Notes: generated by a model not told the origin, from the letters alone. Shown: positions 7,764-17,485, counted from the first letter of the stretch. The stretch is DNA of 61,199 bases from Spirochaetales bacterium (GCA_016936615.1 JAFGXN010000050.1:1-61199), one strand, 5' to 3'. Translations and numbers: made by a program.

Positions 7764-9896
7764 TCACCGTATCAAATCTGTTCGATTTATCCAACCCTGC
7801 AGACCATATCCAGTATCTACAAGAAGATAAGAACCTGCCTCGCCTAGTACCTTTACAGCTGTCCCAGCAGGTAGGTTTATTATTTCTCTCGAATCTGACT
7901 TAGGAATATTCAAGAGACTGCTAGACTCTTTGCAGATTTCCATCCAATCATCCACGTTGCTTTTTGTAATAAAAAACCCTGACCCACTTCCAACTACCAG
8001 AAGGAACAGCATGACACCTACGACAACTAGCCAATTATTCCTTTTTAATATCCAAATTGATACTAAGAGAAGAAAAATATTCGATAAGACTATCAAAAGA
8101 ATAAGAAAGATATCTGGATCCAACACCACATTTGAACCAAGCTGATTGCCAAGATTATACTCTCGCTCAAGCTCATGCAAAAAAACTACAAATTCTTGTC
8201 GTCCAGGATCTTTTCTTATCGCATATCTAGCAAAATAGATTGATTGGGCAACATCACCCATCTGAAAGCTTGCTAAAGATAGATTAAATGCCAAAAATGA
8301 GTTATCTGGCTCATAATCTAGCCCTTTCTGAAAAAATCCGCAAGACTCCTTGAAATCTCCTCTCTCGTATGCAGAGAGACCCAACTCTAAATTATCTAAA
8401 AATTCCTGTTCAAAATTGAACTCCTCAATAACAGTTTCTTCGACAACATCCACTTCTACGATGTCTTCAATATCAGAAATAGCAGGAAGGGTTAACTCCT
8501 CCTCAATATCATCAACTTGCCCAAAGAAGATACCAGGAATCAGCAGAAAACAGAGCATAAGAATAGTACTAGATGCAACAACCCTCTTTTTACCCTTAAT
8601 TTTTTTTCTTAAGAAACAGCCAAAGACTACAAAAAACACAATTATCCCAGGTAAGAACAACAACAAAGCCCATCTCTGACGAAAAAGGCTCAATCTCCTA
8701 TGGTGAAGAACCTCCTCGACTCCCTTAGGCTGATAGACAGTCTTCTGTTGACTTGCAATAATCTCACCTCGCTGGCGATTCATAATATCAATAACAAATT
8801 TTTTCCCTGCCTGAGTCTTCGTAGAATATGAATCACTTGGAGAGAGCCATACAAAGCTTGGAACAACAATAGCACCTTGACTAACATCATCTGGAACATA
8901 GACATACCTGACAGATTTACTCCCGGTATAACCTTTTCTAGATGGAACAATATCCATAGTCTCAATCTTATCAACAAAGAGAAACCCCTCCACGACTGGT
9001 TCCGGGATCTGAAGAAAGTTCAAATTCCCCTCACCAGAGACTGTAAGAAGAATAGAAATACGACCATCAGAGTAGACTCGATTATTATCTACCGAGTAAG
9101 AATAGGAGAAGCTTCCTATGGCGCCAGTTAGCTCGATCTCCTTAGGTATAGGCTTAATCTGAATCTTAACAGAATCTCCAGAAACTGTCTCTCCATCTGC
9201 GCTCATCCTAAATCGAGGAAGAACCATATCTCCTGCACTAGTAGGGGTTAGCATATATGAGACAAGTGGCAGGTTCAAAAGTGTATATTCACCAATCTGT
9301 CGTCGCTCAATCAGGCCGAAGTTGGTTGTCTCGCTCAAAATTGCCTTGTAGGGATTTTCGACAACAAGATTATCCACCAAAGGAACTTCTAACAAATTCT
9401 CAAGTCCAATATAGACTGGTCTAGCCTCACCCACAAAGAGAGAATCAAACGAATAGCCCCAAACAGCAGACTGCGGGACAATGATATCTCCGCGGCTATA
9501 CCGCCCGACTTTAAGAACTAGTTGCTCAGACTTGAAGCTTCCAAGGCTAGTCTCAAAAGAAAACGGCGGTAATATATTTATACCGACCTTCAATGCTCGA
9601 CATGAAAGCTTTAAATTCATCTTTACCACATCTACATCATCGCTTGAAAAATAACTAAACTCTGGCGCCCCTAAGACCTCGAAGGCATCAGACTCTGGCG
9701 CTGTATAATCAAAAAATTCGCCTTGAAAATTTTCAAAGGTAAAACTTAGAACAAACCTGCTATTTTGCGCAACTGGATTTGGATCGATAGAGACATCTAC
9801 AGCAAAGCCAATTGAGCCAAAAAAAACAAAGAGAGTAGCAATTACCAATCGTTTTGAATATCTTGTGATCTTTCTTTCTCTTGAGAATATCCCCAT
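7764..9896 (-). CDS. batD: BatD-like protein fused to a BatE-like TPR plus SH3b module
   Basis: 710 aa. Signal peptide and a large beta-rich exported region, then two TM segments, a TPR segment (YERGDFKESCGFFQKGLDYEPDN...), two more TM segments, and a C-terminal SH3b-like segment (PAGTAVKVLGEAGSYLLVDTGYGLQGWINRTDL). SD AGGAG precedes ATG 9896. Confidence 0.6.
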   Translation of the reverse strand: MGIFSRERKITRYSKRLVIATLFVFFGSIGFAVDVSIDPNPVAQNSRFVLSFTFENFQGEFFDYTAPESDAFEVLGAPEFSYFSSDDVDVVKMNLKLSCRALKVGINILPPFSFETSLGSFKSEQLVLKVGRYSRGDIIVPQSAVWGYSFDSLFVGEARPVYIGLENLLEVPLVDNLVVENPYKAILSETTNFGLIERRQIGEYTLLNLPLVSYMLTPTSAGDMVLPRFRMSADGETVSGDSVKIQIKPIPKEIELTGAIGSFSYSYSVDNNRVYSDGRISILLTVSGEGNLNFLQIPEPVVEGFLFVDKIETMDIVPSRKGYTGSKSVRYVYVPDDVSQGAIVVPSFVWLSPSDSYSTKTQAGKKFVIDIMNRQRGEIIASQQKTVYQPKGVEEVLHHRRLSLFRQRWALLLFLPGIIVFFVVFGCFLRKKIKGKKRVVASSTILMLCFLLIPGIFFGQVDDIEEELTLPAISDIEDIVEVDVVEETVIEEFNFEQEFLDNLELGLSAYERGDFKESCGFFQKGLDYEPDNSFLAFNLSLASFQMGDVAQSIYFARYAIRKDPGRQEFVVFLHELEREYNLGNQLGSNVVLDPDIFLILLIVLSNIFLLLVSIWILKRNNWLVVVGVMLFLLVVGSGSGFFITKSNVDDWMEICKESSSLLNIPKSDSREIINLPAGTAVKVLGEAGSYLLVDTGYGLQGWINRTDLIR

Positions 9897-10426
9897 TGTC
9901 TTATCTCCTGTCTTTTTACATAATTTAATAGATTAGAATGCCTTCTTGAGTCCGAATTCCTGTTCGAAGAACTTGAACTAACTCCTTCGCCGGTATTCTT
10001 TAACGTATCAATCTTCAATATAGTCAGCTCCAAGTTCCGCTTAGCTTCAATGCTAGAAGGCTTTAGAATAAGAGCATTCTTGAATGAATCAAATGCTAAA
10101 GAATAGCTAGCTTGATCAAAATAGAGGACTCCACGATTAAACTCTATCCTGAATTTCAGCTCACCATCAACACCCTGACTGATTTTATCCCACTCCTCGA
10201 TAGCTGAACCTTTTTCGCCTAGAAGATAATAGACATTTCCTAGATTATATTGAACTATCTCATTCTCATTCTTCTCTAAAACCTTGAGATACTTATATGT
10301 CGAGAGATGGTAATTCCCCTTCTGATAATCGTAATTCGCCTCAGATATCCAGAAAGTGTCAGACATCCTACTGCATGAAAGGCTAAAAAAAAGCAGAATC
10401 AACAATACTATATAATTTTTTTCCAT
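9842..10426 (-). CDS. batC: BatC-like TPR lipoprotein
   Basis: Start taken at ATG 10426 (MEKNYIVLLILLFFSLSCS, lipobox-like), with AAGGGGA upstream. TPR repeats (YDYQKGNYHLSTYKYLKVLE, LGNVYYLLGEKGSAIEEWDK). Confidence 0.6.
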   Translation of the reverse strand: MEKNYIVLLILLFFSLSCSRMSDTFWISEANYDYQKGNYHLSTYKYLKVLEKNENEIVQYNLGNVYYLLGEKGSAIEEWDKISQGVDGELKFRIEFNRGVLYFDQASYSLAFDSFKNALILKPSSIEAKRNLELTILKIDTLKNTGEGVSSSSSNRNSDSRRHSNLLNYVKRQEIRQWGYSQEKERSQDIQNDW

Positions 10427-11394
10427 TTTGTCCCCTTCACCAAAAGATACAAACACAACATTATCCAAGCAGCAAAAGCAAAGATTCTATACTTGTCAGG
10501 ATATTCAACTCGAGTCGAGTCCTTGCCAATTTTCTGATTCTCTTCGTTCAAGACCTTCAGCAATTTACTGATTATCAGATTATCAGATAATACAAAATAA
10601 TTACCGCTAACACTTGTAGCAATATTTTCTAGAAGCCCAAAATTAGGTCGCGAAACAACAGGTGCACCTCGACTGTCAAGAAGTTCCTTTCCATCTGGAG
10701 AATAAATTTTACCACCATCTGCAGAACCAACCGCAACCACGTTTAAAAGAATCCGGAGATTTTCCGCCTCCTGAGAAATTTTCCCAATGTCGATACTCTG
10801 CTCCCCACCATCTGTAAACAAAAAAACCATCTTCATCGTATCAGAGTGGTCCGAAAAAGCAGAGAATCCCTCCAAAATTCCAGACTCTAGGTCAGTACCA
10901 GGCGAAGCAAGCAGATCTGGATACAAAGAATCTAAGACATAATAGACAGTCTCCACATTCTCTGTCAAAGGGACAACCACCTCCGCACTACCTCGGAAGA
11001 CAACAACAGAATATCTAAGATTCTTCCACGAAGAGACTAGACTCTTGATAGTATCAGAGACCCTATCCAATCTTGAAGGGAGAATATCGTCAGAACTCAT
11101 ACTGTTTGAAATATCCACAACAAAGACAATATCAAGCCCACGAGAATTCTCAGCCTTGATATCTTTTGTCCACATAAAACCAGCAAGAGCAAATATCAAT
11201 AAGACATAGGCAAATATCAAGAACAGAGATAAAAGGAATTTTTTTATAAAATAGATATCTTTTATCCTCTCGCCCTTTGCGGATCTATTTATCTTCTTCA
11301 ATATCCTCGAGGTTCTGTAATAATTAAAAAGTAAAATTCCAATTAACGGAACTAACCCGAATAAGGCCCAAAATACTTGTGGATTTTTCACCAT
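10408..11394 (-). CDS. batB: VWA-domain membrane protein (BatB-like)
   Basis: 328 aa. N-terminal TM segments, VWA MIDAS motif DIVFVVDISNSM, C-terminal TM. Its ATG shares 1 nt with the batA stop (TAATG). Confidence 0.7.
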   Translation of the reverse strand: MVKNPQVFWALFGLVPLIGILLFNYYRTSRILKKINRSAKGERIKDIYFIKKFLLSLFLIFAYVLLIFALAGFMWTKDIKAENSRGLDIVFVVDISNSMSSDDILPSRLDRVSDTIKSLVSSWKNLRYSVVVFRGSAEVVVPLTENVETVYYVLDSLYPDLLASPGTDLESGILEGFSAFSDHSDTMKMVFLFTDGGEQSIDIGKISQEAENLRILLNVVAVGSADGGKIYSPDGKELLDSRGAPVVSRPNFGLLENIATSVSGNYFVLSDNLIISKLLKVLNEENQKIGKDSTRVEYPDKYRIFAFAAWIMLCLYLLVKGTKWKKII

Positions 11395-12413
11395 TAAAAG
11401 ACCTCCAACAGAACAACTTTAAAAATAAAAATTGACGAGAAAACAAGGATTAGTGACGCAACTAGAAATCTTCTATGTATTGGACGGGTAATATTTTTTA
11501 TAACATAGTCACTTTTTACAGACTCAAGCGAGTCAATAATCTCAAATGATTTCTCAAATGTGGTATAGTTTGTCACAGGAATAAATTTACCTCCAGATAC
11601 CATAGAAATTTTCTCTAGAAGCTCTCTATTAAAATTCGCATCAGCAACTGCCTCAACAATATAATCCCCATCACGATATGAAAAGCTCTCAGTTGAATTA
11701 GTACCTATCCCAATAGAATATATTTTAATTCCCAAAGAAGCAGAAATTTCAGCAGCTGTCATAGGCTGAATATCTCCACCGATATTATTCCCATCCGTAA
11801 TCAATATTATAATTTTCTCCTCTGCGCTAGAATCTCTCAAGAACCTGCACGCCGAAGCAATCCCAACCCCGATCGCGGAGGATTTACCAGCCTCAAGCAA
11901 CTTTATATCATCAATCTCACGAAGCAATGAGGAATAATCCACCGTTGGTGCGACTCGAACAAATGCGTTTGTTCCAAAAGAGATCAAACCGATTGAATCA
12001 TTCTCTCGAGACTTTACAAAATCAGAGAGAACACGCTTTGCGGAATCCAAACGATTCTCATCCTCAACATCTCCGAGCCTAACATCTTTGATTGCCATAC
12101 TCGGCGATTGATCGACAACAAGCATTATATCTAGCCCACGTGATGAATAGACCTTAACCTTTTCAACCTCCATAGGACCTGCTAAAGCAATTATCAGTGT
12201 GGAAAACCCTATCCAAAATGCAAGATTTCCAATAAGCACAAGAAGAACTATAAAATACTGACTTATCCGCAATTTCTCACCTGGCCAATCAACGATAGGA
12301 AGAAGAATTCGCCCTCCACGTTTATTCCAAAAATGGTAAAAATAGATTCCAAGAGGTAGAAAAACAAATAAAAAAAGATATACTGGCTGATCAAAAACCA
12401 TTCTTCCCTCCAT
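11394..12413 (-). CDS. batA: VWA-domain membrane protein (BatA-like)
   Basis: 339 aa. Two N-terminal TM segments, MIDAS motif DIMLVVDQSPSM, C-terminal TM. Confidence 0.7.
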   Translation of the reverse strand: MEGRMVFDQPVYLFLFVFLPLGIYFYHFWNKRGGRILLPIVDWPGEKLRISQYFIVLLVLIGNLAFWIGFSTLIIALAGPMEVEKVKVYSSRGLDIMLVVDQSPSMAIKDVRLGDVEDENRLDSAKRVLSDFVKSRENDSIGLISFGTNAFVRVAPTVDYSSLLREIDDIKLLEAGKSSAIGVGIASACRFLRDSSAEEKIIILITDGNNIGGDIQPMTAAEISASLGIKIYSIGIGTNSTESFSYRDGDYIVEAVADANFNRELLEKISMVSGGKFIPVTNYTTFEKSFEIIDSLESVKSDYVIKNITRPIHRRFLVASLILVFSSIFIFKVVLLEVF

Positions 12414-13332
12414 CTAACTGAACATCGTTCTGAATCTCCTCGATATCCTGCCTCTTTTTAAGCAAAATCAACTCATTACAAACAGAAATCAGCTCTTGAG
12501 CATCCTGCTTCTTCTTCTCAGGTGAAATCTTCATCCCACCAAACTTTATCCTATCAGCATCAACAAAGATTTTTTTAAGAAACTCTTTTATTGGCATAGA
12601 TATCTTCATTGAATCGAGAATCCCTAGAATCTCACTTGTTGTCGTAGAGATAAAATCCTTCTCATAAAGATGCCCAAGAAAAAACCTGAGATGATCTAAC
12701 AAAACAGTGTAAAAATCATTTGCACTCACAGAGAGATAACTATCAGACAATCTAGAGACATCTTTAAAGAACTTCTTGATAGGTCTTTGTCCCTTAAAAA
12801 ATCGCTCCAAATAGAGAAAAAGCTTCTTGATACGACCAGAAAATATTAAGACAAAAACAGGAATTATAAGCAAAAAAAGCACTAGCGAGATAGTCATAAA
12901 CCTAGTACCTGGCAACGCCATTGGCCCGCGAATGCTAGACAAGGTATTTATTCCAGGCTCAAGTGAAGACTCAGTCTTCAGAACAACATCTTTAAGAACA
13001 ATCCCACCGAGATTTATATCTGAAAGAAGAAAGCTACCTGAAAAAAAAGGAGTATAAACAATCCTTACTGTATATTTCTTCATATTTTTGTCTTCTGGAA
13101 TAACCTTAATCTCACGAACCTCTATCCATGAGTTGTTCAACTGCTCAAGATCAGTAGGCGCCTCAAGCTTTGCAGGTTCTCTTAATCGCAGACTAAGGCT
13201 ATGCTCGACACTATCTCCAATATACGAAGGCGAAGGAAAAGAGGTTGCCTTACCAAGGATTTCATATTCAGGAGATGCATATATGGATAGATTAAGTATG
13301 AAAAAAATAAAAAGTACCAATCGCTGTCTCAT
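12391..13332 (-). CDS. hypothetical signal-peptide/single-TM protein of the Bat-type operon
   Basis: 313 aa. Signal peptide MRQRLVLFIFFILNLSIYA and a central TM (FMTISLVLFLLIIPVFVLIF). ATGA overlap with the upstream DUF58 gene. Confidence 0.6.
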   Translation of the reverse strand: MRQRLVLFIFFILNLSIYASPEYEILGKATSFPSPSYIGDSVEHSLSLRLREPAKLEAPTDLEQLNNSWIEVREIKVIPEDKNMKKYTVRIVYTPFFSGSFLLSDINLGGIVLKDVVLKTESSLEPGINTLSSIRGPMALPGTRFMTISLVLFLLIIPVFVLIFSGRIKKLFLYLERFFKGQRPIKKFFKDVSRLSDSYLSVSANDFYTVLLDHLRFFLGHLYEKDFISTTTSEILGILDSMKISMPIKEFLKKIFVDADRIKFGGMKISPEKKKQDAQELISVCNELILLKKRQDIEEIQNDVQLDGGKNGF

Positions 13333-14201
13333 TTGTGCCTCCTGCTAAAAAATTTCATTAACTCTTTAACTGGATCATCATTTGTATCCACAACTAAAGT
13401 CTCAATTCCACGGCGACTACACTCTTTTTTCCAAAAATAATCCTGATCTTCGCGAAACAGCTTATATTTCTTTGCAAATTTCTTCGAATTTACGAAAAAA
13501 GATGATGATTTACCAGTCTCAGGATCTTCTATTCGAGTAAACCCCATAAAATCCAGGTTGTAATCGATAGGATCTGTGACTTTTATTGCAATTACATCAT
13601 GCTTCTTCGCCAAAAGAGTCAACTCCTTCCAGCCTGAGGTTGTCTTAAAATCTGAGATAATAACGCAAATTCCACGTCTCTTCATTGATTTGTAGACAGT
13701 ACTAACTGCAAGCCCTAGATCCGAACCCTTTCCCTCAGGATTTAGATTCATCATATCATTAACAAGTCTAGTAACCTGCTTTTGTCCCTTCCCTGAAGCA
13801 ACCCACTTCTCAATTCTATCCGAGAAAAAGACAGCACCAACCCGATCATTGTTGTAGACAGCAGCATATGAGAGCAAAGAGGTAACTAATCCTACCATCT
13901 CCCGACGCGGATACTTTCCCACTCCGTAATCTACAGAAGCTGAAACATCGATGATAAAGAAGAAGTTCATCTCTCTCTCTTCTCGAAACTTCTTCGAATA
14001 TGGAGAATTCATTCTCGAGGTAACATTCCACTCAATATTCCTCACATCATCGCCAAAGACATACTCCCTAACCTCATCAAACTCAAGCCCCGGCCCCCGG
14101 AATGCAGATCTATAGTTACCTGCAAAGATCCCGTCAGCTAGTTTCTTCGAGATTAAGGATAAATTTTTTACCCTTTTATGAAGAAACCTATAATCCATCA
14201 A
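13329..14201 (-). CDS. DUF58-family protein (MoxR partner)
   Basis: 290 aa. DUF58 signature GDDVRNIEWNVTSR and a degenerate VWA-like core (FFIIDVSASV). ATGA overlap with moxR. Confidence 0.8.
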   Translation of the reverse strand: MMDYRFLHKRVKNLSLISKKLADGIFAGNYRSAFRGPGLEFDEVREYVFGDDVRNIEWNVTSRMNSPYSKKFREEREMNFFFIIDVSASVDYGVGKYPRREMVGLVTSLLSYAAVYNNDRVGAVFFSDRIEKWVASGKGQKQVTRLVNDMMNLNPEGKGSDLGLAVSTVYKSMKRRGICVIISDFKTTSGWKELTLLAKKHDVIAIKVTDPIDYNLDFMGFTRIEDPETGKSSSFFVNSKKFAKKYKLFREDQDYFWKKECSRRGIETLVVDTNDDPVKELMKFFSRRHK

Positions 14202-15196
14202 GGAACCTGTACTACTTTTAATATCTGCTCGATAACATCCTCTGGAGATAACTCTTCAGACTCAGCCTCATATGACAAGACAATTCTGTGCCGCAGAACA
14301 TTCTTTGCAACTGTCTTAACATCATCAGGAACAACAAAGCATCTGCCCTCAAGCAACGCTCGAACCTTCGCACATCGATATAGACACAATGTGGCTCGTG
14401 GAGAAGCCCCATACTCAATATATTTTACATAGTTTAAGGAAAATCTATCAGTCGCCCTTGATGCTGCAACAATAGATACTATATATTTTTCAATTCTCTC
14501 ATCCACAAGAATTGAATCAGCAACTTTCTTAATCGCTTCTATTTTCTGGGCATCTAATAACTTCGACGTCTTTATCTCATGTTCAACACCCATCAATTTT
14601 AAGATCTCATACTCCTCGTCTGCACTTGGATAATCAACCTTAACCTTCATCGCAAACCTATCTAGCTGGGCTTCAGGCAAAGGATATGTTCCCTCTTGTT
14701 CGATTGGATTCTGAGTCGCAAGAACAAAAAACGGCTTGGGGAGCTGGTATGAGACATCACCGATTGTTACCTGCCCCTCCTGCATTGCTTCAAGTAGCGC
14801 AGATTGGACCTTAGCTGGCGCTCGATTTATCTCATCAGCAAGAATTATATTAGCAAAGACTGGACCTTTTCTTGCAACAAAATCCCCTGTCTGAGGTCGA
14901 TATGTCATAGAACCAACAAGATCTGCTGGCAAAAGATCTGGCGTGAACTGAATTCGCTTATAATCTAGATCTATCACCTGAGCCAAAGTCTTTATTGCCA
15001 AAGTCTTAGCAATACCTGGCACACCTTCAAGCAGTAGGTGACCTGAAGAAAAAAGCCCAATCAATAAACTTTCTATCATAGAGTGCTGGCCAACAATCTT
15101 TTTTCCAAGCTCTTCCCGAATCTCAGAAATCAATTTATTTGTCTCCAACACATTTTTCTCAATCAATTTTACATCAATCATTATATTTTCTCCCAA
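14198..15196 (-). CDS. MoxR-family AAA+ ATPase
   Basis: 332 aa. Walker A GVPGIAKT, Walker B IILADEINRA, and QSALLEAMQEGQVTI...ATQNPIEQEGTYPLPEAQLDRF. Confidence 0.9.
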   Translation of the reverse strand: MGENIMIDVKLIEKNVLETNKLISEIREELGKKIVGQHSMIESLLIGLFSSGHLLLEGVPGIAKTLAIKTLAQVIDLDYKRIQFTPDLLPADLVGSMTYRPQTGDFVARKGPVFANIILADEINRAPAKVQSALLEAMQEGQVTIGDVSYQLPKPFFVLATQNPIEQEGTYPLPEAQLDRFAMKVKVDYPSADEEYEILKLMGVEHEIKTSKLLDAQKIEAIKKVADSILVDERIEKYIVSIVAASRATDRFSLNYVKYIEYGASPRATLCLYRCAKVRALLEGRCFVVPDDVKTVAKNVLRHRIVLSYEAESEELSPEDVIEQILKVVQVP

Positions 15197-15247
15197 ATTT
15201 TATCTAATTTAATTATCAAGCCAACTAAGACAGCTCTTACAGTCTAG

Positions 15248-16522
15248 TTAAGATCTATAATCAGCATTTTCTCTAACATACTCATATGACAGATCACTTC
15301 CAAAGACCTTAACCGACTCTGAACCAAGTCGCAGATCCACAGTTATCTTCAAATTCTCAAAGTGAGGAGGAAACCCACCCTTTTGCTCAGGCATGCTACA
15401 CTCTCTAAAATATCCGTTCAGGTAGACCTCTGCATCATTATCTATAAGAAAACTACTATTATCAAAGACCACCCTATCGCCAATCTTAACACTCATCCTC
15501 GAAGGATCCAAGTTCTGAGTCTTTCCTGCAAAATCCCCAATCGAAGAGACAATTCGACCCACATTAGGATCGTTTCCAAAGATTGCACTCTTAACAAGCG
15601 GCGAATTAACGACAGCCTTGCCCAAACTTGCAGCAAATTCCTTATCGATCGAATTCAAGACACTAACCTCTATTACATGGGCAGTACCTTCTCCATTTCT
15701 TACAATTGAATTTGCCATCTCAAGCGAAGCCTCAGCCAAATTTTTAAAAAACAGATCACTTTCGACCTTTTTTTTGCCAGATGAAAGTAGATAGACTGAA
15801 TCACTTGTACTCTGATCACTATCGATTGAGATACGATTAAAACTTTCATTTATAATAGATGGAAACTTTGCTTCAAGCTCAGCCTGATCTACACAGAAAT
15901 CAGTCATGATATAGACTAACATTGTCGCGAGATTAGGTTCAATCATTCCAGCACCCTTCCCGACAATTGCAATAGAACCGCCACAAAAATCACGTCGCAC
16001 AATCTTCGGATAAGCATCAGTAGTCATGATAGCCTGAGCAAGATCAAGAAGATTTCCACCAATACTCTCTACTAGCGTAGGAACAGCTGACTTCATCGCA
16101 GCAACAGGTAATCGCCAACCAATAATTCCTGTAGAAGAGGGAAAAACAACCCCACTATCTAACTTTAACGCCTCTTCAACAGCCGAAGTCACCTCAATAG
16201 CATCTTCAACCCCACTCTTCACGCAGACATTCGATATCTTATTATTTATCAAAAGACCTTGTAAAAGTTGCCTGCCAAGACGCTGCCGACCAATAACAAC
16301 AGGCGCACCAGGAAACGCATTTCTTGTGAACATAGCAGTATAAGAACTAACTGGGTTGTCCAATAATATCATTGACATATTCATCTTAAGCTCTTTTCCT
16401 GTCTTTTTTTCCTCTGGAACAAAAGTAAGAGGAGAGACACCGACCTTAAATCCCTCTGGGAGAGATGCTTGCGTATTTAAAAATCGTAAATACTCGTCTT
16501 TTGATGTAAATTTCATATTCAT
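15248..16522 (-). CDS. argJ: bifunctional glutamate N-acetyltransferase / amino-acid acetyltransferase ArgJ
   Basis: 424 aa with the autoproteolysis-site motif GMIEPNLATMLVYIMTD and the ending YVRENADYRS, both typical of ArgJ. Confidence 0.85.
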   Translation of the reverse strand: MNMKFTSKDEYLRFLNTQASLPEGFKVGVSPLTFVPEEKKTGKELKMNMSMILLDNPVSSYTAMFTRNAFPGAPVVIGRQRLGRQLLQGLLINNKISNVCVKSGVEDAIEVTSAVEEALKLDSGVVFPSSTGIIGWRLPVAAMKSAVPTLVESIGGNLLDLAQAIMTTDAYPKIVRRDFCGGSIAIVGKGAGMIEPNLATMLVYIMTDFCVDQAELEAKFPSIINESFNRISIDSDQSTSDSVYLLSSGKKKVESDLFFKNLAEASLEMANSIVRNGEGTAHVIEVSVLNSIDKEFAASLGKAVVNSPLVKSAIFGNDPNVGRIVSSIGDFAGKTQNLDPSRMSVKIGDRVVFDNSSFLIDNDAEVYLNGYFRECSMPEQKGGFPPHFENLKITVDLRLGSESVKVFGSDLSYEYVRENADYRS

Positions 16523-16612
16523 AATTTCTATTTTATAGTACAGAAAAGGTTTTTTATCAAGGAAAAATCATATCAGAATAGAAAAATGATCTTCGATAAT
16601 AACTCCTAACAA

Positions 16613-17419
16613 CTAAACCAAAACTTGAATTTGCCTATGATAATCTGATAAATCAAACAAATTATCTAGAATCTCAAGTTCCAAGTAGAGCCTTGGCTTG
16701 AGCTGATTTTCTTTTAAAAAATCAAACAACCGTCCCCTCTGAACTTCTCCATTTTTAGCATTATACACAATTGTAACATAATTTCCTGCAGGTAGAACAA
16801 AAATATTCTTTTCCAGCAACTTTTTCTTGCCTTTTTCTATAAGACAAAAAGCCTTCCTAGCCTGCAAAGACCTATTCTTACTAACCCGATAAACAAGACC
16901 CCTCTTGAAACTCTTTTCAATCTTTTTTTTCTCTAAAATCGCATCAAGCTCCGAATAATACAACAACTCAGATAGATCAAACTCATCAGAACAAGGCAAA
17001 GCAACTGCAAATCTCTTCCCAATTGGATAGGAAAAAATTTCATCTCTTCCAATTAATGACCTTGACTCAGAAAAATCATTAACCAAGCTATCTATAGAAT
17101 TGATAATCTGAGAAAGCTTCGCTATCTTCGCTTCAGCCTCAAACCTTTTAGCTCTTGCAAATTCAAACAACCCATCAGTATCATTTGTCACAAGTAAGGA
17201 TTTAAGCTCCTCGATTGTAGTTCCAAGCTCACGGCAGATCTTGATAATATCAATATGCAGAAATTGATCCAAAGAATAATACCTATACCCATTTTGCTCA
17301 TTTACATGGGCAGGAACAAGAATCCCCTCCTCATGATAATATCTCAAGGCCTTTACAGAGATATTCTTTAGCTGCGAAACCTCACCGATAGAATATAATT
17401 TTTTAGAATTTTCCAACAT
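16613..17419 (-). CDS. MerR-family regulator with GyrI-like effector domain (BmrR-like)
   Basis: Start at ATG 17419. MerR HTH YSIGEVSQLKNISVKALRYYHEEGIL, a coiled-coil linker, and a C-terminal domain of about 150 aa. Confidence 0.75.
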   Translation of the reverse strand: MLENSKKLYSIGEVSQLKNISVKALRYYHEEGILVPAHVNEQNGYRYYSLDQFLHIDIIKICRELGTTIEELKSLLVTNDTDGLFEFARAKRFEAEAKIAKLSQIINSIDSLVNDFSESRSLIGRDEIFSYPIGKRFAVALPCSDEFDLSELLYYSELDAILEKKKIEKSFKRGLVYRVSKNRSLQARKAFCLIEKGKKKLLEKNIFVLPAGNYVTIVYNAKNGEVQRGRLFDFLKENQLKPRLYLELEILDNLFDLSDYHRQIQVLV

Positions 17420-17423
17420 TTTC

Positions 17424-17454
17424 TTGACTCTCCCCCTACTGGAGACTTTATCTT
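17424..17454 (+). promoter_or_regulatory. candidate MerR-type promoter (long spacer with dyad) for the serine-hydrolase gene
   Basis: TTGACT (17424-17429), 19-nt spacer containing the imperfect dyad ACTCTCC-N7-GGAGACT, then TATCTT (17449-17454). Divergent from the merR-like gene. Confidence 0.4.
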
Positions 17455-17485
17455 TATTATATACCACAAACAAGGAGTTGTTAAG

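Noticed and set aside
16532-16560. TTGATA-17-TATAAA promoter-like element on the minus strand upstream of argJ
   Set aside because: The -10 ends only 10 nt from the ATG (16522), implying an essentially leaderless mRNA with no SD. It is plausible but could equally be chance in AT-rich DNA, so it is not listed as a feature.
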